In this document: in pieces, positions 11,476 to 21,786 of the stretch
Layout of the letters: the number at the start of each line of letters is the position of its first letter
Position numbering within the stretch: the first letter of the stretch is position 1
Assembly: GCA_016839555.1 (NCBI GenBank)
Contig: JAEOUA010000012.1
Span: 1-64,000, forward strand
Origin: Promethearchaeota archaeon
GTDB lineage: Archaea > Asgardarchaeota > Lokiarchaeia > Sigyniarchaeales > SOKP01
Reading direction: 5' to 3'
Length of the DNA: 64,000 nucleotides
Program-made: the position numbers and the translations under genes
Notes under the pieces: generated by a model
Database searches by the model: none
What the model was told of the DNA's origin: nothing
The model's input: the letters and a program-made list of their open reading frames with translations, nothing else

Positions 11476-12639
11476 TTTTTTTACCACATTTTCTAAGTCT
11501 TTAATGAATTTTGAGAGGTGGGATGTAGTTATATGCGGCATAATGACGATTCTTATTAAATTAAAATCTTCAAATTTTCCTAACATCCAATGAAGTTTTC
11601 TTAGTTCTTCATCTAATTCACATATACTTTCGCCGCTTTCTGTTGTAATTCCCACGATATTCATAACAGGCTCAGTAGCTAGTCTTATTCCCTCAATTTC
11701 TTTAATTCCTTCACATAAATAACGAGTATTTTCCATACATTTGTTCAAAATCTTCTTAAAACCATTCATTCCTAAATATTTCATAAGAGCCCAAAATGAG
11801 ATTACTGGGCCACCAGGGCGAGTACCAACAATATGTAGATGTTTAAAATTCCCTCCAGCCAAATATGGAATCTCAAAACCAGTTTTTTGAATAATATTTT
11901 TGTTTCTTAAAAAAATCCCTCCAGAAGGAATGACGTTTAACCCCATTTTATGGGGATCTGCAGTGATAGAATCCACTTGATCTACATGAAAATCCCATTC
12001 TGGGATCTTATACCCTAAATCTTTTAAAAAAGGCAAAACAAATCCTCCAAACGCAGCATCAACATGAAAGAAAATATCTTTATTTTCAATCATTCTACCT
12101 ATTTCTTGAATAGGATCTACTAATCCTAGTGAGGTTGTTCCCGCAATTCCAACAACTAAACATGTATTTTCATTTATTAATGATTTGAAATGTTCTTTGT
12201 CTAATTGAAAGTTATCCTTTAATTGTGTTTTTCTTAATTTGATTCCTAGCAGTTCTGCCGATTTATCAAAAGACATATGTGCTGAGATAGGAAGAACCAT
12301 TTCAGGTTCATTTATGTCCGGTCGTAACTCTTTAGCAATTCTCACAGCAATTAAATTTGCTTCAGATCCTCCTGTCGTAAACGAACCTATTATTTCTTTT
12401 CCATTATATAATTCCCCGATTTCCCTAATAATTTCATCTTCTAACTCTGCTGTACCGGGAAATAATCCTGGATCCCCTAAATTCTTATTAACATATTTAC
12501 AATATATTTCCCTTCCAAATTCATGCGCAGCTGTACACATTGATCCCAGGATATGACCTGAACTGTATCTATAGTCTTTCGATAATTTTTTGTCTAAAAT
12601 TTTTAATATATCTCGTTTCTTTAATCCTTCTTTTAACAT
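11464..12639 (-). CDS. mfnA: L-tyrosine/L-aspartate decarboxylase (group II PLP decarboxylase)
   Basis: ILGSMCT, NLGDPGLFPG, TGGSEAN, HVDAAFGGF, DPHKMG (PLP Lys), GTRPG. Confidence 0.93.
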   Translation of the reverse strand: MLKEGLKKRDILKILDKKLSKDYRYSSGHILGSMCTAAHEFGREIYCKYVNKNLGDPGLFPGTAELEDEIIREIGELYNGKEIIGSFTTGGSEANLIAVRIAKELRPDINEPEMVLPISAHMSFDKSAELLGIKLRKTQLKDNFQLDKEHFKSLINENTCLVVGIAGTTSLGLVDPIQEIGRMIENKDIFFHVDAAFGGFVLPFLKDLGYKIPEWDFHVDQVDSITADPHKMGLNVIPSGGIFLRNKNIIQKTGFEIPYLAGGNFKHLHIVGTRPGGPVISFWALMKYLGMNGFKKILNKCMENTRYLCEGIKEIEGIRLATEPVMNIVGITTESGESICELDEELRKLHWMLGKFEDFNLIRIVIMPHITTSHLSKFIKDLENVVKKLGL

Positions 12640-12809
12640 TTCTCTAATTTAAAATTAATAATGATTAAAATGATTTCCCATTGGAATTATCATATAATAT
12701 TCACTAAAATCATATATCATGTGATCAAAATCAATACTGTGCTATTATAAACAGTAAACTTGATTATTTGAAATGATAAAAAGCCTAAACCTGAAAATTA
12801 TATTATAAA

Positions 12810-13127
12810 TTAAATAAATCTATTGTTCTCTCTTTTTTTATATTTTTTTAATGTATTTATAAGTCCCTTTTTTAAATCAACGTTGTAATAATTTGCAAGA
12901 CATACCAAAGCAAAAAAAATATCTGTTATCTCTTCTTCAATTCCCTTTTTCTTAACATTAGCTTTTTTAGGTTTATACCCTTCACTATAATTAATTTCTC
13001 TCGCTAATTCACCTAGCTCTTCGACTATAGCAGCAAGCATCGAGAGGGGTGACCAATAACCTCCATGATTTTGTATCCAATCATCAATTTTTTTTTGAAA
13101 ATCAGAAAGCCTTTTTTTTTCGCTCAT
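12810..13127 (-). CDS. MazG-like nucleotide pyrophosphohydrolase
   Basis: EELGELAREI...EEEITDIFF acidic motif. Confidence 0.85.
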   Translation of the reverse strand: MSEKKRLSDFQKKIDDWIQNHGGYWSPLSMLAAIVEELGELAREINYSEGYKPKKANVKKKGIEEEITDIFFALVCLANYYNVDLKKGLINTLKKYKKRENNRFI

Positions 13128-13210
13128 GATCTATTATATCATAAAAAAAATATATTTATTTTTATAAAATTTTAAAATAATAAAGAGTAGAAAATAAAAT
13201 TGGACTCTTT

Positions 13211-15322
13211 CTATACTTTTTCTCTTTGGCGTGCTTCCCATTCCGCTTTTTTTCCAGCATTATATCTATTAACTTCACTATAATATCCTGTAATGCGGGA
13301 ATAGACTTTTACATCTTCTGTAAAGCATTTTGGACAAGTCCATTGTCCACCTCGAAACATTTTCCTACATGATGGACAATAAGTGAAGTCGGTCGTATAA
13401 GCAAAATAAGCCGTATTTGTATTAAGACATATGTTTTTCGTAAGCTCCCATAATCCCTTTATGTCTGGTTTCTGCTCACCAAGCCAGAGATGAGTGATGA
13501 CTCCCCCTTGAACAATTGGATGGAAATCTCCTTGCTTTTTTATTCTCTCGTATAAAGGAATATTCGCATCATACCTAAAATGACTTGAATTTGTATAATA
13601 GGCAGATTCTCCACTAGATTGTGGAATTGCTTTTTTAGGGAAATGCTTAAGATCTAATTTCGCAAGTCTATTCGCTGTGGATTCAGCGGGCTGCTCCCAG
13701 AGAGAATAAGAATATCCATCTCTTTCTGTCATAGAATTGCATTTTGCAACCATATAATTTAAAACTTGTTTTCCAAGGTTATATGCATTTTCGCTTTCAT
13801 GGAGCTCTTCTCCAGTTAAACTCTGTGCTGCTTCATTTAATCCTGTAAATCCGATTGAAAGATTTTGATCCTCCATTCTAAAGATTGGAGTGTCCTTGAT
13901 TTTTCCACTACATAATGGAAGATGTCCTGTTTCGAGTCTTTTTTCTATTAAATGCCATTTTTTAATTAAAATACGAGAGCAAAGTTCCATTTTATTATCT
14001 AATATTTTAAAATATTCATCTTCATTTTTAGCAATATAGGCATATCTGGGAAGATTTAAGCTCACACTTTGAAGAGACCCGATAGAAACATATTCTTTCC
14101 ATACATTTTGTTTTTTTCTTTTTTCCGGATCAAAATTACATTTACTAATAATTTGATCACCTCTGAGGAATTTTCTACAACACTGGCTATGTATCTCATC
14201 GGGCATCCAATCTGGGCACATATTAAGGAAATAAGGTGTTCCCATTTTCACAACCTCTTCCATCAATTTAAGGTATGAAGGCTCGAATTCTTTTAACCAT
14301 TCTTTTTTTATCTTGATTTCGTGTTTTGGAAATGCAAATAGTTTTCCATTGTGATCTCCCTTAATATATACATCTGTCAACGAATCAAAAAGTCTTAAAC
14401 ATTCTTGTTTATAATCTCCATATTTTCCAACAATCTTCCCATGATGACCAATTGCTGGAATGTCTAACAACCCTTTTGGAACTGTGGGTGTACATGAAAT
14501 TGAAGTAAAAGGAACTTGTCCTCCTCTAGCCGCAAATATTTGATTTGTCTCAAAAATTAGACATTGCATACTCTGTTCAATTTCCCTATCGCTTATCCCT
14601 TTCGCATATGGTGCTAAAAATGTTGTCAAATAATCATAGCCTTGCCCTCCTGAAAATTCTCCTTGAATGATACCTAACCATTTTGCTAAATGAGTAACTG
14701 CCACTCTTAGACTCCCAGCAGGCCCAGATTGACTGCAATGCGCCCAACTACTCACTGGGGGTAAACCATTTTCCAAAATCATTCGAGCGTCCCATTCTTG
14801 GCAAAATGGCCTTAAATCGAAATATCTTAGCATATGTACATGGATGTCTCCATAGAGATGAGCATGTGCCTCTTCGGAATTTAATATCCTAAGAAGGGCA
14901 TATTCTTCGGAGATACGATTTGCTGCCCAATGATGGATGCTCTCTGGATTCATATCTTGGTTTGCGTTTTCTTTTATTCCCCTTTTTAAAATTTCTTCAT
15001 AATCCATCAAAGGCATCCCTATTCTAGTATATAGCTTTCGTTCCTTCTCGAAATGTTGTTCTGAAAGGACTGAACAAACGATCTCTCGAATATGAGGGCC
15101 AGAAAGAAATTTTATTCCAGAAGAGATTATCCTTCTAACTACAATTTCGGTTATTTGTTCCGCAGACTCAAGATCTAATCCCGTTTCTTTTATAATACTT
15201 TCTTCAATTTTAATAGGATTAAAATCAACCCAATCCCCTTCAGTGCGAAAAACTCGAGGTAATAAACTCTTTAATAATTCTTCTTTTCTTTCATTTTTAT
15301 ATGATTCTTGTTTTAAAACCAT
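13211..15322 (-). CDS. nrdD: Anaerobic (class III) ribonucleoside-triphosphate reductase with N-terminal ATP cone
   Basis: ATP cone, SGGQ, RGGQVPF, QCCR, PAEST, YYTNSSH, Zn site CPSC..CPKC, glycyl-radical motif YSRITGYY. Confidence 0.95.
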   Translation of the reverse strand: MVLKQESYKNERKEELLKSLLPRVFRTEGDWVDFNPIKIEESIIKETGLDLESAEQITEIVVRRIISSGIKFLSGPHIREIVCSVLSEQHFEKERKLYTRIGMPLMDYEEILKRGIKENANQDMNPESIHHWAANRISEEYALLRILNSEEAHAHLYGDIHVHMLRYFDLRPFCQEWDARMILENGLPPVSSWAHCSQSGPAGSLRVAVTHLAKWLGIIQGEFSGGQGYDYLTTFLAPYAKGISDREIEQSMQCLIFETNQIFAARGGQVPFTSISCTPTVPKGLLDIPAIGHHGKIVGKYGDYKQECLRLFDSLTDVYIKGDHNGKLFAFPKHEIKIKKEWLKEFEPSYLKLMEEVVKMGTPYFLNMCPDWMPDEIHSQCCRKFLRGDQIISKCNFDPEKRKKQNVWKEYVSIGSLQSVSLNLPRYAYIAKNEDEYFKILDNKMELCSRILIKKWHLIEKRLETGHLPLCSGKIKDTPIFRMEDQNLSIGFTGLNEAAQSLTGEELHESENAYNLGKQVLNYMVAKCNSMTERDGYSYSLWEQPAESTANRLAKLDLKHFPKKAIPQSSGESAYYTNSSHFRYDANIPLYERIKKQGDFHPIVQGGVITHLWLGEQKPDIKGLWELTKNICLNTNTAYFAYTTDFTYCPSCRKMFRGGQWTCPKCFTEDVKVYSRITGYYSEVNRYNAGKKAEWEARQREKV

Positions 15323-15716
15323 AAGTAATTACTTCCTTTTCTTTGAAAATTTCTTTTCAACTAATATATATATAATATATTACTAGTTTCGATGAGAAAT
15401 TTTTGTCGGCATAGCCATTGGAGTAAATCAAGTCATTAATTTCTCATTAAATTTATTTTATGAAACCCTTATGCATAATAATTTGTTTCTTTTTCAATTT
15501 AAACTATTATATTAATATGCTAATTGATTTATTCCCCTAAATCTCTTAGAAGCTTTATGTAAAAAATCTTTTTTTTGTTGAGATCTTGTTTTAAGTAGAT
15601 ATTTCTTGATAATGTCGGCTTTTTTGAGATATTGTTATAAACTTTATTATTTTTAAAAGATATTTCTATTTAAATAAAAAAAGAGTTAGCAAAATTTCTA
15701 AAAAGCAATAAAAAAA

Positions 15717-16043
15717 ATGATTAATCCTACAAATATAGATAATGTTGAAGCAGTGAAAGCGTTGGAAGGCATCTATAGAAAAACTTTAATGTATAATGAT
15801 GATGTAATGCTTTGTTTCTTTTCCCTAAAAAAGGGCTCAGAAATCCCTCTGCATAACCATGTTTCTCATCAAATTGGATATGTGTTAAAAGGTAAATTTG
15901 AATTAATTACTGAAAATAATAGTTTTATAGTTAGAGAAGGGGATAGTTATGTCTTCAATTCGAATGAAAAACATGGAGCAAAAATATTAGAAAATAGTGA
16001 AGTTATAGAAGTATTTAATCCTACCCGTCAAGATTATAAATAA
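15717..16043 (+). CDS. Cupin domain protein
   Basis: PLHNH..HQIGYVLKG and GDSY....NEKHG cupin motifs. Confidence 0.88.
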   Translation: MINPTNIDNVEAVKALEGIYRKTLMYNDDVMLCFFSLKKGSEIPLHNHVSHQIGYVLKGKFELITENNSFIVREGDSYVFNSNEKHGAKILENSEVIEVFNPTRQDYK

Positions 16044-16088
16044 TGTCGCTATTTTCTTCAATAATTCTTTTCTCATTGGATATTTGAC

Positions 16089-16448
16089 TTACCATTGATA
16101 GGCCGCGAGTGCAAAAATAGCAAACATGCAAAATAAGAATTCTCCTATCATCCAATCTAGAAATAATATCTTTTTTTTTTCAGGATTATTTTTAATATTT
16201 GATGCGAGACCAAATGATAATGCAGAGGATGTTCCTAAAAAAATAACCAAAGTAAATGAATATACATTTGTATTAAAAATTATAGAAGAAATATTTAAAA
16301 TATAATCCTCTGCAAACCATAATGCTAAATATCCAGCAAGGACTAATAAAAAAATCCATCCTGCGAATTCTATACTTTTTATAAATCTATCATCAAGTGT
16401 ATAGGGTTTTTTCTCTTTTTCTACAGTTTTTTTCTTAAATTTTGACAT
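16089..16448 (-). CDS. Small membrane protein (3 predicted TM helices)
   Basis: Basic N-terminus and three hydrophobic stretches; AAGGA upstream. Confidence 0.7.
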   Translation of the reverse strand: MSKFKKKTVEKEKKPYTLDDRFIKSIEFAGWIFLLVLAGYLALWFAEDYILNISSIIFNTNVYSFTLVIFLGTSSALSFGLASNIKNNPEKKKILFLDWMIGEFLFCMFAIFALAAYQW

Positions 16449-16546
16449 TTTAATCCTTCTTTGCTAACTATTAAAATTTAAAAATATTATAATGATGTAT
16501 CTTTTTTTACAAAAAAAGTTTGTGCTCTCTCTTTTAAAATGATATT

Positions 16547-17032
16547 TTATTTATTAGATTTCAAAAACACTATGGCTTTAGCAATATCACCTTGGCATTC
16601 CCTTAAAACAGATTCTGCTTTATCTTTATCTACATTAGCTTGTGCTGCTACGAGCATAATATCATTTTCAGTTATTGTTGGTTTTACTTCCTCCTCAATT
16701 TCTTCTCCTTCTTCTCCTTTTTCAATAACTTGTTGTTCCCCGATTTCTATTTCTCCTACAGGATATTCTTCAGCCTCACCGATCACTTGATATATTGATT
16801 GACCCATTTGTTCCATTTCCACTACCTCCGGTTGATTAATTACTAGAGTTTTATCAGTTCCTTCAATAATAACTCTCGTGGCATCAATTGGATTCATCTC
16901 TATGCCTTGCTGTTGCATTCTTCTTCGCATCGATCGGGAGCTATATGATTGACCAGGTCTTGTTTTAACCATTTTGGGTTGTTTTGGCTTACTTTTTTCT
17001 TTCTTTTGTAATTCTTTAGGCAATTTTACCAT
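16547..17032 (-). CDS. nac: Nascent polypeptide-associated complex protein
   Basis: NAC domain (MRRRMQQQGIEM..IDATRVII) and C-terminal UBA (DIMLVAAQANV...GDIAKAI). Confidence 0.92.
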   Translation of the reverse strand: MVKLPKELQKKEKSKPKQPKMVKTRPGQSYSSRSMRRRMQQQGIEMNPIDATRVIIEGTDKTLVINQPEVVEMEQMGQSIYQVIGEAEEYPVGEIEIGEQQVIEKGEEGEEIEEEVKPTITENDIMLVAAQANVDKDKAESVLRECQGDIAKAIVFLKSNK

Positions 17033-17119
17033 TCTTTTATCAGATTCCTTTAATCATTTTTTTAAATATAATTTATTCTTATATAAATATAATAAATCTG
17101 AATTTTTATTTTTTAATTT

Positions 17120-17605
17120 TTAATATTTATCAATACCTTTTCTCACGTTAACTGCAACGCCCCGTTCAAATGTTTTGATATAAGGAATGGCAATATTAAT
17201 TCTTCCAATTGCCAATAATTCATCTTCCTGATTAACTACTATCACTTCATCCATTGGTCTAAGATCATCATCTGCATCAACGACGTGCTTGCAAAAAACA
17301 TTTCTTCCCTTTTTTATAAATGGTGAAACCTCCGTTAAGACTACCACTCTAAGTCTTGGAGGATTAGTGTGTTTAAGTATTTTTTTTGCGGCTAAGAAAG
17401 ATAATGTGAAAAGTCCAGTCGTTGGTTTTAACGTAAGAAGCAATTCTTCATTGAAATAAACATATCTGATTTTATGTGTATTTTTAGACCTTATAATTTT
17501 AAGTTCTTCACTCTCCTTAAATAATATATCCGTTATTTCTGGACTAAATTGATAATCTGAAATGCCTTTAAGTTTTCTTAGGTCGAGCAGTTTTTGTATG
17601 TCCAT
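17120..17605 (-). CDS. PUA-domain RNA-binding protein (archaeosine tRNA-modification C-terminal-like)
   Basis: DYQF, GRNVFCKHVVDAD, DEVIVVN..DELLAIG, GVAVNVR. Confidence 0.85.
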   Translation of the reverse strand: MDIQKLLDLRKLKGISDYQFSPEITDILFKESEELKIIRSKNTHKIRYVYFNEELLLTLKPTTGLFTLSFLAAKKILKHTNPPRLRVVVLTEVSPFIKKGRNVFCKHVVDADDDLRPMDEVIVVNQEDELLAIGRINIAIPYIKTFERGVAVNVRKGIDKY

Positions 17606-17682
17606 AAGTAATATAAAGATTAGGACGTATTAATCAATAATAAGGGAGAGATATTTTAATGATAAAAATAATTGAAAAAATA

Positions 17683-18903
17683 TTAAGAATAGATTCTTGA
17701 TTCAATGCATTGATCTTTCATTTTATTCATTACTTTAGAAATTGCGCCTAAAAAATCCTGTTTTGTAACTATTTCTGAATCTCTGCGAATGGCGAACATC
17801 CCTGCCTCTGTGCAGATGGCCTTAATATCTGCCCCCGTGGCACCTTCAGTGATTTTTACATAATTTTCAATTCTTACAGTATCATCCATATTTAAATTTC
17901 TCATATGAATTTTGAAAATGGAATACCGTTCTTCTTCACTTGGGATTGGAAATTCGATCATTCTGTCAAATCTCCCCGGTCTCAATAAGGCAGGATCTAA
18001 AATATCAATTCTATTAGTTGCTCCAATCACTTTTACATCTCCTCTCGTCTCGAAACCATCTAACTCGCTTAATAATTGCATTAAGGTCCTCTGAACCTCC
18101 CTATCTCCTGATGTGGCTATTTTAAGTCTCTGAGAACCAATTGCATCTAGCTCATCAATAAATAATATTGTGGGTGCTTTTTCTTTTGCCAGACTAAAAA
18201 TCTCCCTCACTAATCGAGCTCCTTCTCCTATAAATTTTTGAACTAATTCTGAACCAATAATTCTAATAAAAGTTGCCTTTGTTTCATGAGCTACTGCTTT
18301 TGCCATCAACGTTTTACCTGTACCTGGAGCACCAAAAAGTAATACCCCCTTTGGAGGCTCAATTCCGACTTTTTTAAATAAATCTGGTTTAAGTAATGGT
18401 AGTTCAACAGTTTCTGTCACCTCTAATTTTTGTTCTTTTAATCCTCCAATATCATCATAAGAAATATCTGGAATTGAGTCAATAACTTCCATTCCTTTGA
18501 CAAATGGATCTAATTTTGTTGGTAAGACCTCCATGATCGCAAATGTTCTTTGATTTAATGCAACTCTCATTCCGGGCATTATTTTTTCGTTTTTTACTTT
18601 TCTGCTGGTATTTACTACAAAACTTGGACCAGTGGAACTTTTTACGATTACTCTCCCGGTATTTTCATCTAAGATATCTATTACACTTGCAGAGACTAAA
18701 GGAGGTTCTCTTAATCTGTCTATTTCATTCCTTAAACTATGAAGTTCCTGTTCTAACCTTAATCGTTCTGCATCTAATAATTGCTTTTCGGTTTCTAAAT
18801 TTCTGAGCCTTTTTTCAAGATGCCTCGTGTAAGTTATAATATATTGCTCATCCTTTATTTCTTCTTTTTTCTTTTCTTTTGTTGTTGTCAAATCCAATCC
18901 CAT
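17683..18903 (-). CDS. pan: Proteasome-activating nucleotidase
   Basis: Coiled coil + OB fold, GAPGTGKT, FIDELDAI, DREVQRT, RPGRFDR; C-terminal HbYX motif (IYS). Confidence 0.97.
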   Translation of the reverse strand: MGLDLTTTKEKKKEEIKDEQYIITYTRHLEKRLRNLETEKQLLDAERLRLEQELHSLRNEIDRLREPPLVSASVIDILDENTGRVIVKSSTGPSFVVNTSRKVKNEKIMPGMRVALNQRTFAIMEVLPTKLDPFVKGMEVIDSIPDISYDDIGGLKEQKLEVTETVELPLLKPDLFKKVGIEPPKGVLLFGAPGTGKTLMAKAVAHETKATFIRIIGSELVQKFIGEGARLVREIFSLAKEKAPTILFIDELDAIGSQRLKIATSGDREVQRTLMQLLSELDGFETRGDVKVIGATNRIDILDPALLRPGRFDRMIEFPIPSEEERYSIFKIHMRNLNMDDTVRIENYVKITEGATGADIKAICTEAGMFAIRRDSEIVTKQDFLGAISKVMNKMKDQCIESRIYS

Positions 18904-19113
18904 TTATGTTTAATTTATTTTTTTTACTCTAATAATAAACTTCTACTAATTTATATTTATAGATAGTTTTCTAAGTTTATAATATTATTTACTTATAAAA
19001 AACCTTAATTTTATAAAAAAAAATGAAACCATTATAAACAAAAATTATAAGAAGTCATAATTAATTTAGATATATAAAGAAAAAAACTCATAATATTACT
19101 TTATACAAAGTAT

Positions 19114-19650
19114 ATGACCAATCCTAAGCTTAGAGATGTTGAAGAGTGTCCAATTTGTGGAAAGATTTTATGGTCTGGAGGTGTTGATGTAATAATAGAG
19201 GGAGCAGAAATGAGGGTTTGTCAAAATTGCGCGAAGCGTGGAAAAAGGGTTATCCATAAACAAGCAACGAGACCACCATCAAGGAGTAGGGAAAAATATA
19301 CAGTAAAAACTTCATCTTCTAAAGCATCTAAAAGAAAGGATGATTATTTTGAGCCCGAAGTAGTGTTAATTGATAATTATAATGAAAAAATTCGCAAAGT
19401 AAGAGAACGTAATAATTTGACACAAATTAAATTTGCTCAAAGTCTTCAAGAAAAGGAATCATTGATTAGAAGGATAGAACAGAAAAAGGCAAAACCAACC
19501 ATCAAATTTGCAAAAAAAATAGAAAATAAATATAATATCAAGTTGCTAAAGGAATCTGATACCGTAAAAGTCGATACTAGTAAATATATAAAAAAAGGAG
19601 ATTCGGGAGTATCATTGGGAGCTTTTATTAAAAAAAAAAGGACGGATTAA
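19114..19650 (+). CDS. mbf1: Archaeal multiprotein bridging factor 1 (Zn ribbon + HTH)
   Basis: CPICG..IEGAEMRVCQNC and Cro-type HTH; divergent from pan. Confidence 0.9.
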   Translation: MTNPKLRDVEECPICGKILWSGGVDVIIEGAEMRVCQNCAKRGKRVIHKQATRPPSRSREKYTVKTSSSKASKRKDDYFEPEVVLIDNYNEKIRKVRERNNLTQIKFAQSLQEKESLIRRIEQKKAKPTIKFAKKIENKYNIKLLKESDTVKVDTSKYIKKGDSGVSLGAFIKKKRTD

Positions 19651-19666
19651 CTCTATTTTGGATTTA

Positions 19667-20251
19667 TTATTCTTTATTCTTTTTTGTTGAAAAAATAATA
19701 TTTTGGTTCTGGATTATCCGCTTTTTTAAAAAATCCAACACATCTTCGTTTTCTTCAGCTACTAATTGCCCTCCGCACTCAGTACATCGGAAATTTAGCT
19801 CAAAAGCTTCCTCAAAAGTATATTTAATCTTATTTTCCTCACAATTCTCACAAGAGAAGAAATAATTTTCCTTCTCATAATGGAAGCGATCACGCAATTT
19901 CTCTTGAATTAATTTTTTTTTTTCCAATAATAATTCTTCTATTAGATCGAATTCGCCCCACCAATAATATATAAACCATCCAGTGGATTTATCTCTTATT
20001 CTTCTAAATTGCGCTAATCTTTCTGAATATAATTGATATAAAGTTTTTCGAACTGTATTTAATTTTAAAATTTCTTCATCTTCTGGTTCAAAATCTTTTT
20101 TTCCTTTAATTCGGTCCTTAATTCTCTCCGCAATATCTTCATCTGTGATCTCCTCGTCTTCAGAATTTAACAATTCCTTCCCCACTTCTATCGCAATTTC
20201 TCCGCCAATGATATATAAAAACGATTTTAATAATGGATTTAATTCTTTAAT
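19667..20251 (-). CDS. tfe: Transcription factor E alpha subunit (probable ATT start at 20251)
   Basis: TDEDIA, LNTVRKTLYQL, RDKSTGWFIYYW, CENC...FEEAFELNFRCTECG. The frame is open 22 codons upstream of the GTG at 20185 (IKELNPLLKSFLYIIGGEIAIE) back to an ATT next to an in-frame TAA. Confidence 0.92.
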   Translation of the reverse strand: MKELNPLLKSFLYIIGGEIAIEVGKELLNSEDEEITDEDIAERIKDRIKGKKDFEPEDEEILKLNTVRKTLYQLYSERLAQFRRIRDKSTGWFIYYWWGEFDLIEELLLEKKKLIQEKLRDRFHYEKENYFFSCENCEENKIKYTFEEAFELNFRCTECGGQLVAEENEDVLDFLKKRIIQNQNIIFSTKKNKE

Positions 20252-20355
20252 TTATCTCTTCCCTCTTATTAATGATGATGTTTTTAATTTTTTATATAGA
20301 TTTATAAGATTTACTATTATAGCATTCTTTAAAAAATCAATTAAAATATAATATT

Positions 20356-21132
20356 TCATACTGTAATTGAATACTGTTTTTCAATAACAGCATCATCTAT
20401 TTCGGCAGCTCTTATCAATTTTCCTTTTCTAATTGCCAAAATTCTTAGCATTTTTGAATCATTTATATTTTTGGGTATTTTTATTTCTTCGATTTTATAC
20501 AAATTTGTTAGTGAAATCTGATCCCACTTGTTAGGTAAATCCGCTTTAAAATCGGGTAGAAGCTCATCAAGTACCATCTCTAAATTAGTTTTATTATTAC
20601 TCATATATCCACTACAAAAAGACACATTCTTATCAATATTATCATCTATTGGGTTTTTTTTTGAGGGCCTGGGTAATGATGTTTTAGTAGAAACTTTACA
20701 ATATTTATTTTTATTAAACGATAACATTAAAAAGCTATGTATTCTGAATTCCTCAATTACTTCTATTAACTTACTTTTACTTAGTTTGTCATTAAATTCT
20801 GCTTTATATTTTATAACTTTTCCTGTTGATTGCTTTAGGTTCCAGTTTAGATTTAAATTTTTTATTGTGGAACTAATGTCTTGTAATGAAATCACTTTTC
20901 CCTTCACTTTTATTTCATTTTCTTGTAATGTCCTCACTATAAGTTCTTGAATAATATCTTCATATTCCAGAGACCCCTTTAGGGTTATTTTAGTGGAATA
21001 TTTCCTGATTTTCACAGCTGGGCCCGCAAATTCACCTCTCGAATAGCGATTAAAATGGCGATGGACCTCCATATGATTTTCTGCTGGCTCTTCTAAATCC
21101 GGATTTTCAATTACTTTTCTTAAAAAATGCAT
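20356..21132 (-). CDS. Conserved hypothetical archaeal protein
   Basis: 258-aa ORF with HRHF.RYSRGEF.GP and LPRP motifs; function not recognised. Confidence 0.7.
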   Translation of the reverse strand: MHFLRKVIENPDLEEPAENHMEVHRHFNRYSRGEFAGPAVKIRKYSTKITLKGSLEYEDIIQELIVRTLQENEIKVKGKVISLQDISSTIKNLNLNWNLKQSTGKVIKYKAEFNDKLSKSKLIEVIEEFRIHSFLMLSFNKNKYCKVSTKTSLPRPSKKNPIDDNIDKNVSFCSGYMSNNKTNLEMVLDELLPDFKADLPNKWDQISLTNLYKIEEIKIPKNINDSKMLRILAIRKGKLIRAAEIDDAVIEKQYSITV

Positions 21133-21458
21133 GATAGTTCAATATCTCTATTAATTAAAAATTTAAATTTATATTAAATTCTCTATCGAAAGTTATTAAA
21201 TAACAAAATTATTTTAAAAAAGCATTATATCTTTTTATAATTTTTGTCTATTTAAAATTTAAAGGATTTTCTTTAAATATATTAATTGAATGGGCAATTC
21301 TAATTGATATGAATTTAAAAAACCTTCCTACTGAAAATACGTAATTTCGACGAAAACTGATTGAAATTATTTTAAACAGGTCTTTTAATCATTCATAAAT
21401 TTAAATAGTCATAAGATGTTTTTTAAAAATATCTAAATACACATTTAATATTTAAGGA

Positions 21459-21689
21459 TTGTTTTATATGCTCTTACAAACTGAATTTGAAGTAATTTCA
21501 GTACCTTTATGGGTTTTTGCATGGATTTTTCTCGTAATTGGGATAATCGCATTAATAATTTTAATGGTTTATGCAAAATATGGAAGAGAATTTTCAATGA
21601 AATTTACAATTATTATTATTGCAATTATTTCCATCTCTTTAGCTTTTTCTGTACATTTCTTTTTACTTAATTCAGGTTTAATATTCTAA
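21459..21689 (+). CDS. Small two-TM membrane protein
   Basis: Two hydrophobic helices separated by KYGREF; start uncertain. Confidence 0.6.
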   Translation: MFYMLLQTEFEVISVPLWVFAWIFLVIGIIALIILMVYAKYGREFSMKFTIIIIAIISISLAFSVHFFLLNSGLIF

Positions 21690-21786
21690 TGGTAAATTAT
21701 ATCCTTTCTTATTGAATTATTTTATATTAAGAAATGTAAAAAAAAGGTTATTGAACAATCTTTAAATATAAAAAATGAAATGGAAA

